A stretch of DNA of 34,827 nt from a bacterium (GCA_049472355.1 JBLIRP010000036.1:1-34827); one strand, 5' to 3'. Shown: positions 19,291-29,272, numbered from the stretch's first letter. Translations and numbers: made by a program. Notes: generated from the letters alone by a model not told the origin.

Positions 19291-20814
19291 TCAGGCGGCA
19301 TTCCCGATGATTATGTCCGAAGCCAGACGCGCCGTGTGCATCGCCGAAGGAACCCCGCCCAGGAAAAGCTCGGAAACCGCATAAATGCCGACCATCAGGA
19401 GATGCTCAACAGGGGTTTCCACCAATATCCTTCCCCCGAGCACCCCTTCATGCTCCATGCTCCAACTCCATCCGGCAATGGAGCCCTTGTAGCGATGCCC
19501 CCAGTCCTCATAGGTCAACGGGGTTGCAGCCTCCATCACCTCGACTGCGGCGCCGAGACCAGGAATGATCCCCTCGACCGTATGTATCAGGGAGTGCGCA
19601 AGCCGTTCCTTGTACTCGCGGTATCCCCCTCCCCTCCTCTTCTCGCCGGTGCGAAAACCGGCAACGCATTCGTAGGGCAAATCCACACGGAGCACCATGG
19701 CGGCCTTTCCCGAAGGCATCAGGTCAGGGGCGTTGTCCGACCACAGGCAGATTTCGATCTCACGATTCCGGAAATCCTCCGGGCCGCTTTCCGCCTCCGG
19801 ATCGAGACGGTGGCGGTAAAACACGTGGGTTGCCCTCAGACGGCCCAGGTCAATCCCTTTCGGATCTATCCCCAGATAAACGCACAACTCCGATCCGGTA
19901 TAGGGGACCTCTTTGACCTTTTCCAGAAATGTCCCCGAAACATTGCGTTCATCAAGGAGGTCAAGAAACGTCCTCTTGTAATCGGTATTCGATACCACCC
20001 ACTGGGATTCGAACACCCTCCCCCCTGCGGTCCTCACCCCGACCGCCCTTCCATCCCTGACCAGGATCTCCTCCACTGGCGCCCCCGTGTGCAGTTCCCC
20101 GCCATGACGCTCGAATGCATCACGGAGCAGATCGCATATGCCGTGGATGCCGCATGAGGGAAACCATATACCCTCCCACGACATGAGATTCCACATGGAG
20201 GCGAGCTTCAGCGCCGACACGACCGGCTCGTACGTCCCCTGGGAACCCAGCAGGCGTTTGAGGAATGGGTCGGACAGGGAGCGGTCGAGCATTGTACTGC
20301 AGGAGGTGCCTGCATATGCACTGATGCGCTCGAACCTGGAGAGAAAATCCCCCTTTGCATTCGCAGGCGTTCGCTCCCGCTCATAGCGGGAGAGATAGTC
20401 GGGGTGCCATCGATACACGTCCCTTACCAGGGAGATGATGTCTTCCATCTCCGCAAACAGGGGATCGATGCACTGTTCCCCAGGGAATGCCTGGTGCAGC
20501 ATTCCCTTGAACTCCTCGAAAGGGCGCGAGTAAATGATATCCACAAAGGGGGTGATGAGTTGAAAGTGGTTTCTTTTAAAGGTGATCTCCGTTTCAATGC
20601 CGGTCTGGTCCAATAATTCCTGTACCAGGGAGGGGTAGCTGAAGGAGAGCGGTCCCATGGGGAAGGCATACCCGCCGCGACGGAAGATGTAGCTCGTGCC
20701 CCCGATGTGACGATCCTTTTCAAGGAGCACCACCCTCTTTCCCCCCTTTGCAAGCATCGCCGCGCACATCAACCCGCCTATTCCCGCCCCGATGACCGTG
20801 ACATCATACGCCAT
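19291..20814 (-). CDS. FAD-dependent oxidoreductase, phytoene desaturase family
   Basis: VIGAGIGG...LLEK...IGG Rossmann fold; C-terminal ATPLTY...GSIAGW...TPVEHL...GGVP. Confidence 0.88.
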   Translation of the reverse strand: MAYDVTVIGAGIGGLMCAAMLAKGGKRVVLLEKDRHIGGTSYIFRRGGYAFPMGPLSFSYPSLVQELLDQTGIETEITFKRNHFQLITPFVDIIYSRPFEEFKGMLHQAFPGEQCIDPLFAEMEDIISLVRDVYRWHPDYLSRYERERTPANAKGDFLSRFERISAYAGTSCSTMLDRSLSDPFLKRLLGSQGTYEPVVSALKLASMWNLMSWEGIWFPSCGIHGICDLLRDAFERHGGELHTGAPVEEILVRDGRAVGVRTAGGRVFESQWVVSNTDYKRTFLDLLDERNVSGTFLEKVKEVPYTGSELCVYLGIDPKGIDLGRLRATHVFYRHRLDPEAESGPEDFRNREIEICLWSDNAPDLMPSGKAAMVLRVDLPYECVAGFRTGEKRRGGGYREYKERLAHSLIHTVEGIIPGLGAAVEVMEAATPLTYEDWGHRYKGSIAGWSWSMEHEGVLGGRILVETPVEHLLMVGIYAVSELFLGGVPSAMHTARLASDIIIGNAA

Positions 20815-20853
20815 GCCCTTCTCCTTGCTGCGGGAATGCCCGTACGAATGAAT

Positions 20854-21534
20854 TCACTCGCCGTTTCCCCGGCCTATGGGGAGAATGTCGGCATAGGCAA
20901 ATCTATTGCGCAGGACCACTTCACCGACCTCGACCTCAATACGTTCCGCAAACATCGGCCCGTCCACAACGACGGTGTGCATCTCTCCATTCTCCCCGCA
21001 CGGGTCAACCCCCTCAGGAAATTCCTTCAGCAGGTCACCAGACCACTGGCGTCCCGCGAAGCCGGCTGGAAGCCTGGTGAGATCCACGCTGCTGATATAT
21101 GCCTGAAGACCTGCGGCGAGCATCCGGTCTGCCAGCTCCACCGTGGGTATCCGCCACAGCGGAAAGAGCGGATCAATCCCCGTGCCTTTGAGCCTCTTCT
21201 CACGGTACCGCCGGACGTCTTCGAGAAACAGGTCACCGAAGGCAATGCATTCGGTCCCATTGGCAGCCAATCCGGCCACAAACCCGCCCATGATCGCATC
21301 GTATCGCTCGTTCGTGCAGGTGTCCGGCAGGTTGATCGTGTGCAGCGGCATGCCGGCGGCTTCTGCCTGCCGGCGAAGCAGCTCCATCCGTGTGGAGTGC
21401 ATGGAGACGCGGTTGAACCGCTCGTTCACCACACTGAATAGACCTATGACCTCGACCGTTGGATCCTGGCGCAGCATGTACAGGGCCCATGCGCTGTCCT
21501 TGCCGCTGCTCCAACTCAATAGGGTTTTCTTCAT
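20854..21534 (-). CDS. PP-loop ATP-binding protein (Dph6/MJ0570-like adenine nucleotide alpha hydrolase)
   Basis: SWSSGKDS, FGDLFLED, FPLW, DPCGENGEMHT..VDGP. Confidence 0.9.
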   Translation of the reverse strand: MKKTLLSWSSGKDSAWALYMLRQDPTVEVIGLFSVVNERFNRVSMHSTRMELLRRQAEAAGMPLHTINLPDTCTNERYDAIMGGFVAGLAANGTECIAFGDLFLEDVRRYREKRLKGTGIDPLFPLWRIPTVELADRMLAAGLQAYISSVDLTRLPAGFAGRQWSGDLLKEFPEGVDPCGENGEMHTVVVDGPMFAERIEVEVGEVVLRNRFAYADILPIGRGNGE

Positions 21535-21746
21535 GTGATTGCGTCAACTGATGTCCGTGATTTTATAAATCCTGCCATCACGGAAGGTGAATTCCGAGTG
21601 CCCGGTGAGCCGGAGCGACTCTCCCCCGGGCCATCGCCAATTTCATCATATTCCACAATGCCACGTGCGGTCTTCACTGTTTTTGGAACAACAGTACTGG
21701 ATAATTTAGGATCTGGAATATCGTACGCAACAACCCCCCTTTCCAT
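21531..21746 (-). pseudogene. N-terminal fragment of an alpha/beta hydrolase
   Basis: VKTARGIVEYDEIGDGP resembles an alpha/beta-hydrolase N-terminus, but the sequence breaks off before the LHG motif. Confidence 0.4.
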
Positions 21747-22224
21747 CCTTGGAGTAGCATCGAAAAGGTAAACGCGCCTGCGCTCAGTTCAAAGCACCAC
21801 TTGCAATTGCCCGGCGATGGGACGTGAGATCATCGTTGGCGGTGACTTGCCTGGTGACCCGATTATCTGTACCCGATGAATAAGAATGGTCGCAACGGGT
21901 CACCAGGTCGGGTCAAGTGCCCTTGCTATAATTTTTTACAAATAGCGTGCAAGATAATGTTAATTTGTTTAGGCGTGTGCTTCGAACCACTAAACAAATT
22001 AACAAGGATGAACTTTCTCCCTCTGCTATCAGTCATGTTTTTGCTACACCATAGTATAGCTTCCTCAAGGATTTAGAATGTGCTCCACCAGATGTGTAGC
22101 TTATAATTTAAATTATCTCCTTTCTAATATCACTGATTGATAAAGCATTTGTTCTTTTCAGTATGAATCAATGTGTATAATATTAACAGACTCAACAGTA
22201 ATATCTAATTTATTTACTCTATAA

Positions 22225-22839
22225 TTAATTAAAAGTAGCTGAGAAAAGCAAACCGTAGGAGATGTTTTTAATCTTGCCCTCATCTTCGTCTGGAACTCTT
22301 CCGAAATAACCAAAAATCGCTAGACCAAGACCCCAATTATCAGAAACCCACCATTCTTTGCCCATGTTTAGATATAGTCCATAACCAGTATCAGAGGTTC
22401 CTTCATAACTATTGAATTCAATCGTATCTTTTGCCAAATTCAAAGAGCCGCCTATATAGACATTAGTTGGCATAAAGTAATATGTTATACCAATACCAAA
22501 ATCAGAAATTCTAGAAGTTGTGTCGAATGTAGAATACTTAACACCATTTAATTCTATATCTGGATCTGAGATACTGATTCCACCTAATGTACCAAAAATT
22601 ATTAAATTTTCTTTAATCGCTCCACCAATATCTAAACGAAAGGCTGAACCGTTCCCTGAAACTTCCATTTCAGTCCCGTCACTGTACCCTGTTCCTTTTG
22701 ATTTAGTATCAGCAATACCTAATTGCATTCGCAAATAGAATCCTTTGTGCTCTCGAAGACCATAGGCATAAGAAAATGTACCATATGCCATTGTAATCAA
22801 ATAAACTGCTATAATTGCAATTAATGATATCTTTTTCAT
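22225..22839 (-). CDS. Secreted outer-membrane beta-barrel protein (AT-rich, probable integron cassette gene)
   Basis: Signal peptide, amphipathic beta strands, GKEWWVSDNWGLG, C-terminal SATFN; much lower GC than its neighbours. Confidence 0.8.
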   Translation of the reverse strand: MKKISLIAIIAVYLITMAYGTFSYAYGLREHKGFYLRMQLGIADTKSKGTGYSDGTEMEVSGNGSAFRLDIGGAIKENLIIFGTLGGISISDPDIELNGVKYSTFDTTSRISDFGIGITYYFMPTNVYIGGSLNLAKDTIEFNSYEGTSDTGYGLYLNMGKEWWVSDNWGLGLAIFGYFGRVPDEDEGKIKNISYGLLFSATFN

Positions 22840-22946
22840 TTTAATTTAGCCCCTTTTTATAAAATGATCTGATCAAATTCTATCTACGAAGCTGTTCTAT
22901 AATAACTTTCAATTTATAAACAAATCTCCATAAAAAGCCAAAGCAA

Positions 22947-23084
22947 TCAAATAGGAAATGTTTCATTTGGTCTTATCGGCAGATGATGCAAAACTTCTCG
23001 GGTAGTACAAGATAAAATAATAGTCGAGCAAAAAGACAGTGCGGCAAACATCTTTGGTATTTTACTATGCACGATATGCTCCAT
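22947..23084 (-). pseudogene. Truncated lipoprotein-like gene stub (45 aa)
   Basis: AAGGAGG RBS, then MEHIVHSKIPKMFAALSFCSTIILSC with a lipobox-like ILSC, then an early stop. Confidence 0.35.
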
Positions 23085-23130
23085 TTTTTATCCCTCCTTT
23101 CATTTTTAACATAAATTAATTCATAGCGTT

Positions 23131-23348
23131 TCATGCAAACTCAAGTTCTCCAACCTCGTGAACACATGGGATTCTGCCGCGGTTTAGTTCTTCATAAATA
23201 TCTCTTAGATTCTCTTTTCGCTCTTCAATAGTTTCTTCTTGTTTAGATCTTCAATTGTTTCTCCTTGGGTCATGTGGTCTGGATAGTCTTCGAGGCATCC
23301 AATCCACATATCATCCTCTTTGTAAAAAATAAATCTTACGGTTTTCAT
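23131..23348 (-). pseudogene. hicB: HicB-family antitoxin, frameshifted
   Basis: MKTVRFIFYKEDDMWIGCLEDYPDHMTQGETIEDL / KENLRDIYEELNRGRIPCVHEVGELEFA*, split by a 26-bp imperfect duplication; followed by an overlapping ATGA stub MKRYELI (hicA-like). Confidence 0.75.
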
Positions 23349-23693
23349 TAAATTATCATCTTCTTTTTTCCCTAATAGCGTATACGCCGTGAATTCGGAT
23401 GAGAGTGAATCACGAAGGGTATCGATTATCCGATCAGTCGAGCCTTGATTTCCGCACCTGTTGAATAAATAGACACACTCTGCCTATCCCATTATTGACC
23501 TATTGTAAAGTTTCTGTTATTTTACTGAATAGGTTCATATTCATTTCCGGAAGCTATCAAATCGGACATCTGTCTTTTAGCGTCTAAAGACTATCCCAAT
23601 GTAGCTGAATTCCTGGTGGGTAATGGTATTTTGAGAATAGTATCAGAAGCTTAGGATAATATCAATATTCAAGTAAAAGGGAATGTCAAGCAT

Positions 23694-24006
23694 ATGGATA
23701 CCTTAACGGACGTCTATAAACAGTGCCTTGAGGCAGAGAAGGTCCCGCAAAACCGTATCAGGTGGTATCTATCATGGGTCCCGAAAATCTCCTGTGCCGC
23801 TTGAACAACGAAACCCGGAGGATGTTGAGGAAGAGATCAATCGCCTGTTTGATCACCTGACAGGAACATATGCGCTCATGGGGGGATTGTTGTATGGAAC
23901 CGGTATGCGGCTGATGGAATGCATACGCCTGCGTGTGGCTGACGTCGATTTTGATCTTGGGCAGTCCGGCCGGCAACTGGGTGTCAGGAGTCCTGTAGAC
24001 ATGTGA
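23694..24006 (+). pseudogene. intI: Integron integrase remnant with internal deletions
   Basis: EEINRLFDHLTGTYALMGGLLYGTGMRLMECIRLRVADVDFD (box I) is fused directly to the IntI-type C-terminus GVRSPVD; an N-terminal piece (RIRWYLSWV) lies in another frame. Confidence 0.8.
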
Positions 24007-24018
24007 CGGGAGGCATGC

Positions 24019-25737
24019 ATGTTTCTTCCCACCACCCGCGAGGAAATGGAAAGGCTGGGATGGACCGGCCTGGACGTGATCCTTGTTTCAGGGGATACCT
24101 ACATCGACTCCCCCTTTTCGGGTGTTGCCCTGATCGGCAAGGTTTTGCTCGAAAAGGGGTATCGAGTGGGCATCATTGCCCAGCCCTGCCTGGACAGCGC
24201 ACGGGACATTGCCCGGCTGGGGGAGCCCTCCCTGTTCTGGGGGGTCACATCGGGCTCGGTCGATTCCATGGTGTCCAACTATACGGCATCCGGAAAGAGG
24301 CGAAACAGGGACGACCTCACCCCGGGCGGATTCAATGCCAGAAGGCCGGATAGGGCCCTCATCGCCTATGCGAACCTCATACGCAGGCATTTCAAACATA
24401 CGGTTCCCGTCGTGATGGGCGGCATCGAGGCCAGCCTGCGGAGGATTGCCCACTATGATTACTGGAGCGATGCGATACGGCGTTCGATCCTGTTCGATGC
24501 AAAGGCGGATATCATTGTATACGGCATGGGGGAGCGGGCGTGCCTGGAGATTGCGGAGAGACTGAAAAAGGGCTCGGATCTCCATGATTGCAGGGGGATA
24601 TGCTGCATCGGCGATGCCCCTCCGCACGGATACATACGGCTTCCCTCCTTTGAAGAGGCGGCGGATGACCGGCACCTGTTTTCCCGGATGTTCACCACAT
24701 TCTACGAGAACACCGACCCTGTTCATGCACAGGGCCTCTGCCAGCGACATGGGAAGCGATACCTCATCCAGAACCCGCCCCAGCCGGACCTTTCAGCGGA
24801 GGAACTGGACCGGGTCTACAATCTCGACTACGAACGGGAGGTCCACCCCTTCCATGCCGGGGAGGGGGGCGTCAAGGCTATCGAAACCATCCGGTTTTCC
24901 ATCACCACCCACCGGGGATGTTATGGTGAGTGCAGCTTCTGCGCCCTGTCCATACACCAGGGAAGGCGGGTGGTTTCCCGGAGTGAGGAATCGATCCTCA
25001 AAGAGGCCGAAGCAATGACCAGACATCCTGCGTTCAAGGGGATTATCGCAGACGTGGGGGGTCCCACCGCCAACATGTACGGCATCGAGTGCGGCAGAAA
25101 GGAGAAGTCGGGGGCGTGTAAGGACCGGCATTGCCTTTTCCCGTCGCTATGCCCCACACTGAAGCCGAGCCACTTGCGTCAGGTCAATCTTTTGCGGCGC
25201 CTCAGGGGGATTCCGAAGGTCACCAGGGTATTCGTCGCATCGGGGATCCGCTACGACCTTATCCTGAGCGATAAGCGATCGGGGGAAACCTATCTGCGGG
25301 AGCTGGCAGCCCACCACATCTCAGGCCAGTTGAAGGTTGCGCCCGAGCACGTGGCGGACCATGTGCTGAGGCTCATGGGAAAGCCCTCCCGGCGGCTCCT
25401 TCTCCGCTTCAGGCAGCTCTTTTTCGAAATCACAAGGGAGCTCGGCGCCCGGCAATTCCTCACCTACTACTTCATCGCCGCGCATCCCGGGTGTACAACG
25501 GAGGACATGATGAAACTCAAGCGGTTCGCCGCGCGCGAGCTCAGGCTTCGGCCCGAACAGGTGCAGATCTTCACCCCCACCCCGTCGACCTTTTCCACGC
25601 TCATGTACTGGACTGGTATCGATCCGTGGACTGGCGAAGGGATCTTTGTGGAGCGGGACAGGGCCGGGAGGGAACGGCAGAAGCGGATCATGAAATACGA
25701 TGCCCGGCGATTTATGGAGATGTCGAACGCCCCCTAA
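24019..25737 (+). CDS. ygiQ: YgiQ-family radical SAM protein
   Basis: MFLPTTREEM..GW..LDVILVSGDTYIDSP, GGIEASLRR, HRGCYGECSFC, DVGGPTANMY, LKVAPEH, EQVQIFTPTP. Confidence 0.93.
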   Translation: MFLPTTREEMERLGWTGLDVILVSGDTYIDSPFSGVALIGKVLLEKGYRVGIIAQPCLDSARDIARLGEPSLFWGVTSGSVDSMVSNYTASGKRRNRDDLTPGGFNARRPDRALIAYANLIRRHFKHTVPVVMGGIEASLRRIAHYDYWSDAIRRSILFDAKADIIVYGMGERACLEIAERLKKGSDLHDCRGICCIGDAPPHGYIRLPSFEEAADDRHLFSRMFTTFYENTDPVHAQGLCQRHGKRYLIQNPPQPDLSAEELDRVYNLDYEREVHPFHAGEGGVKAIETIRFSITTHRGCYGECSFCALSIHQGRRVVSRSEESILKEAEAMTRHPAFKGIIADVGGPTANMYGIECGRKEKSGACKDRHCLFPSLCPTLKPSHLRQVNLLRRLRGIPKVTRVFVASGIRYDLILSDKRSGETYLRELAAHHISGQLKVAPEHVADHVLRLMGKPSRRLLLRFRQLFFEITRELGARQFLTYYFIAAHPGCTTEDMMKLKRFAARELRLRPEQVQIFTPTPSTFSTLMYWTGIDPWTGEGIFVERDRAGRERQKRIMKYDARRFMEMSNAP

Positions 25738-26029
25738 TAACATTCGGACATGCACGTCGTGATCGAGGCATATCCTTCGTGCGGATAACTCGTTGAAAAA
25801 GACCATTCGATTAGGCACTCAAGGGGTGTAACCATGCGATAACAGAATAGCCGTTTCGTTGCTCACACCGGGGGTATCAAAGGAGAATTCCCCTGAGATC
25901 CTCCAAAGGAGGGAACGGAACCCGTTGAGATACTATATCCATAATCGCTATGCTAAAAATCATAAATCGTATATTTTTATGGACAGAACAGCACGAAGAC
26001 AACCGATAATGAAGTTTTTTATTCAATAT

Positions 26030-26042
26030 AATCAATAAGTTA
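26030..26042 (+). promoter_or_regulatory. IHF binding site
   Basis: AATCAATAAGTTA matches WATCAANNNNTTR, with an upstream A/T tract, just 5' of a sigma54 promoter. Confidence 0.65.
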
Positions 26043-26065
26043 AAAACTGCCATTATCACCCTCCA

Positions 26066-26080
26066 TGGCACATTCCTTGC
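26066..26080 (+). promoter_or_regulatory. Sigma54 -24/-12 promoter
   Basis: TGGCAC-attcc-TTGC, an exact consensus. Confidence 0.8.
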
Positions 26081-26452
26081 TCTCTAACGGGGTAGAACGG
26101 TCACGCTTCCCCGTGTAGTTCTCCATGCGACTCCTTCTCATTATGCAGTTCCTTCTTCCCTCTCATATACTGTGGGAGGCCATAGCCGACATATCACCAC
26201 GAACGCGCGATAATCGATACCACCTGTTCCCAGAACAACGTGGCCGTCCAACTCGAGGTGGGCATCTTCATGCCCACCTCGAGAAAATACCCTGCTGTAC
26301 CGGGCAGGATTGCATACACTTCCGGGATTACTCTTACTCACATCTTACATCGGAATGAAAGGGGGTGTGGAGGTGCAACACTATCGGCAATGGTTCCGGA
26401 ACGAGGAACCAGGGTTTGAAAAATGCCTTTGCTGGTGGAGGAGAAGGAGAAA

Positions 26453-27331
26453 ATGAAAACCGCGCAATCATTGCTTCTATTGATGAGTATGGCGCTTATA
26501 GGGATCGTCATTCTCATTGCAGGGGCCTGCAATGTACACCCGTCCATCCTTTTCTCAGGGAGCGGAAATATCTACGGTAATGTCCCGGGGGTATTCGGGA
26601 TGTATCCCTCCATAGGGGGGATCTATAATCTCCATGGGTATGGAGGATTGTACGGCGGGCTCTATGGAATCGGGTCAGGCCTGAACCTCGGATTCCCCGC
26701 GATCCCCGCCGGAATATACGGAATGGGCCTGTTTGGCGGAAGTCTCGGCGGCCTCTACGGACTCAATCCCTTTCTCGGCCTTGGGGCCATGTACCGCATG
26801 TTCGGGCCATGGGCACTCCTGAACAACATCGGCAATGCCGGCAACATCGGCAATACTATCTCTCTTGGCTCACTGTCCCTCGGCCTATTGCCTGCGTCAT
26901 TGTTACCGGCGGTTCCTTCCGTTCCTGTGGTCGCCGCAGAGCAGGCAGGCACATGGACCGGAACCTGGTACAGCTATATCAAAATCACCGATTTCGGATC
27001 AATGAACCTCACCCTCATAGAGGATGCAACAAACAGCCTTCTCTCCGGGGAGGTAAATCTTCTGCTGAATAATATAACCGCCTCGATACCGGCTCAGGTG
27101 AAGGGCGTCTACAGCGGCGGCTCTACATTCATCCTCTCCGGTGGAAATAATACCATATTCACCAGCACGTTCCTGCTCGTTCCCTCAGCCACCCTCTACT
27201 CCATCCAGCTCACCTGCACGTTGACGAGTCCGACCAGCATGACCGGCTCATATGTCATTCAGGATCTTGTAAAACTGTTTAGCAGTGATATCGGAAACTT
27301 CACCCTTACCTGTATTTCCGTGCCTCTGTAA
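26453..27331 (+). CDS. Secreted Gly/Leu/Tyr-rich protein with a C-terminal AEQAGTW beta domain (paralog A)
   Basis: GGAG RBS, hydrophobic N-terminal signal ending AGAC, GLYG repeats, C-terminal domain homologous to 27681-28682. Confidence 0.8.
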   Translation: MKTAQSLLLLMSMALIGIVILIAGACNVHPSILFSGSGNIYGNVPGVFGMYPSIGGIYNLHGYGGLYGGLYGIGSGLNLGFPAIPAGIYGMGLFGGSLGGLYGLNPFLGLGAMYRMFGPWALLNNIGNAGNIGNTISLGSLSLGLLPASLLPAVPSVPVVAAEQAGTWTGTWYSYIKITDFGSMNLTLIEDATNSLLSGEVNLLLNNITASIPAQVKGVYSGGSTFILSGGNNTIFTSTFLLVPSATLYSIQLTCTLTSPTSMTGSYVIQDLVKLFSSDIGNFTLTCISVPL

Positions 27332-27604
27332 GCCATCAATCAGGGGGTGGATGTCATTCCCCGTGAGGATTCCCGAATCATCCGGAAACGGACGGCATGG
27401 GTTCCCTCATTACCACTGAACCGTCTCAGCCGAACCTGGAGAGAACTTTCGTGCCCACCCAGGGGCGGCATCCATCCTCTCCCAAGTAAAAAACAAGAAA
27501 TTGCAGCATACAGTGTCTTTGCAATGATGAATGGCCCAATTCTGCCGGGCCATTGATTGTAAGCCACTGATAATAGCACGCCCTTATCGGTATGGTTTTT
27601 CCCG

Positions 27605-27651
27605 AAAAAAAAGAAAGAATGCGGGCTGCCTTGTTTTATTCAGGCAGCCCG
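27605..27651 (-). terminator. Rho-independent terminator of paralog B
   Basis: cgggctgcct / aggcagcccg 10-bp stem with a minus-strand T tract. Confidence 0.7.
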
Positions 27652-27680
27652 TCTTCATGGTTAGGAGGGTAGGGAGATGG

Positions 27681-28682
27681 CTATATAACCGGTGCAGTCA
27701 GGGTCAGTTGGAATTCACCTGAATCGGCATTCAGCTTATAGATATCCTGCACATCATACGTCCCTGTCATCGTGACCGGGCTTGTCATGACACAGACAAG
27801 ATTGATGGTGTAAAGGGGAATGGCGCTGGTAAAAACCGGCACCAGCACCAGCGAGCTGAAGAAACTCTGATTCCCTCCGGAGAGGATGAATGTCGCCACT
27901 GCCCCGCCTGTTCCGGTAATGCCCAAACTGCCGGGTCCAACGGTAGTGAGATATCCTGTTACATCGGCAGGTATCGAATTTGTGACCTTGTTCAGGAACA
28001 GATTCACCTGCCCGCTGAGCACACCCGTCAGCACATCCTCAACGAGGCTCATATCCATGAACCCACCCTTCAGGGTAACGAGACTCGTCCAGGTGCCTGA
28101 CCACGTGCCGGCCTGTTCCGCTGTGAGCACGGCCGTTTGTATCGGAGTACTCTGAGTGATTGTGTTAGGAAGACCCGCATTGCCCAGGAGCCCCATTGTG
28201 CCGAGGAGTCCTCCGAGGCCGGAGAGCCCGCCAAGGCCATACAAGCCGCCAAGGCCGCCGAGACCGCCGAGACCGGAAAGACCGTACAGGCCACTCAGGC
28301 CGCAGAGCCCGCCAAGGCCCAGGCCATACAGGCCCCCGAGACCGGAAAGCCCGTACAGGCCGTATAATCCCCCGTACATGCCGCCAACCCCATAGAGACC
28401 CATGCCGTAGAGCCCGCCCAAGCCATACAAACCGCCCAGACCGTACAGGCCCCCGAGGCCGGAAAGACCATACAGGCCGTATGAACCTCCATACAGGCCA
28501 CCAAGGCCATAGAGACCCATGCCGTACAATCCTCCAAATCCGTATGATCCAAGTCCTCCATAAAATCCCGACGAAAAAAGACCAAAGTAGGCATTGCCGG
28601 GGGAGACAGCAAGCAGGACCATCAATGCGAGGATTATGATCACGATTCCTGAACCCAGTGTTGCACGCACTAACCTCTTCAT
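27681..28682 (-). CDS. Secreted Gly/Leu/Tyr-repeat protein with a C-terminal AEQAGTW beta domain (paralog B)
   Basis: GGAGGT RBS, signal peptide ending PGNA, about 130 aa of GLYGLG/GLSGLG repeats, shared C-terminal domain. Confidence 0.85.
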   Translation of the reverse strand: MKRLVRATLGSGIVIIILALMVLLAVSPGNAYFGLFSSGFYGGLGSYGFGGLYGMGLYGLGGLYGGSYGLYGLSGLGGLYGLGGLYGLGGLYGMGLYGVGGMYGGLYGLYGLSGLGGLYGLGLGGLCGLSGLYGLSGLGGLGGLGGLYGLGGLSGLGGLLGTMGLLGNAGLPNTITQSTPIQTAVLTAEQAGTWSGTWTSLVTLKGGFMDMSLVEDVLTGVLSGQVNLFLNKVTNSIPADVTGYLTTVGPGSLGITGTGGAVATFILSGGNQSFFSSLVLVPVFTSAIPLYTINLVCVMTSPVTMTGTYDVQDIYKLNADSGEFQLTLTAPVI

Positions 28683-28909
28683 GCAGTACCTCCATTTATG
28701 AGATCCATTCCAACAATCCGTTCGAATCCGCATGGGGAAACAATCACCGCAGTCACTCATGTTCAGACAATCCCGGTGGTCTGTTCATGAAAAAATGATG
28801 ATACCATGGCATGTGCATCATGTCTTACATCCTCTGCTCCATAATAATACATATAAAACAAGTAGATAACGATATGTTCAAGAAAATAAATGGGGTGAGA
28901 TACGTAGTC

Positions 28910-29272
28910 TCAGGATTTGTAGCGCTGAAGGATCAATTGCCTCCTGCAATCCGGATGATGCAGGTTTTCGAGGAATAACAAGCCTGGAACATAAGATCTG
29001 TTCCGGTGAGATGTTGTACACATATCCACAAGGGCAAGGCACAGTGCGGCATCAGCACCGCAGGTGCGACAGCAGATCTGCTCATCGTGCCCAATATGAG
29101 GTGAAAGGGAAAAGTGAAAATCCATGATCTCATCGGGAAAGACACATCTGCACTGAGCATACTCTTCACCTTGCAGGGAGAGAAGGGCGCATATGCTGAA
29201 GACGAGGATAATCACGACACCGGCATAAAACCGCCGGCGCACTGCAATATTCCTTAACAGGCAGGTACTCAT
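28910..29272 (-). CDS. Small membrane-anchored Cys/His-rich hypothetical protein
   Basis: AGGAG RBS before ATG 29272, one TM segment, CRC/CCRTC and His clusters; lies between a sigma54 motif and paralog B. Confidence 0.5.
   Translation of the reverse strand: MSTCLLRNIAVRRRFYAGVVIILVFSICALLSLQGEEYAQCRCVFPDEIMDFHFSLSPHIGHDEQICCRTCGADAALCLALVDMCTTSHRNRSYVPGLLFLENLHHPDCRRQLILQRYKS

Noticed and set aside
22865..22905. Possible attC between cassette-like genes
   Set aside because: No paired RYYYAAC/GTTRRRY boxes or extended hairpin could be found by eye.
28156..28395. Pro/Arg-rich repeat ORF (PPRPY...)
   Set aside because: Reverse-strand reading of the GLYG repeats; no RBS or signal peptide.
28180..28565. 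Periodic DNA repeats as a possible CRISPR array
   Set aside because: Degenerate codon-level repeats within a CDS, with no unique spacers and no cas genes.
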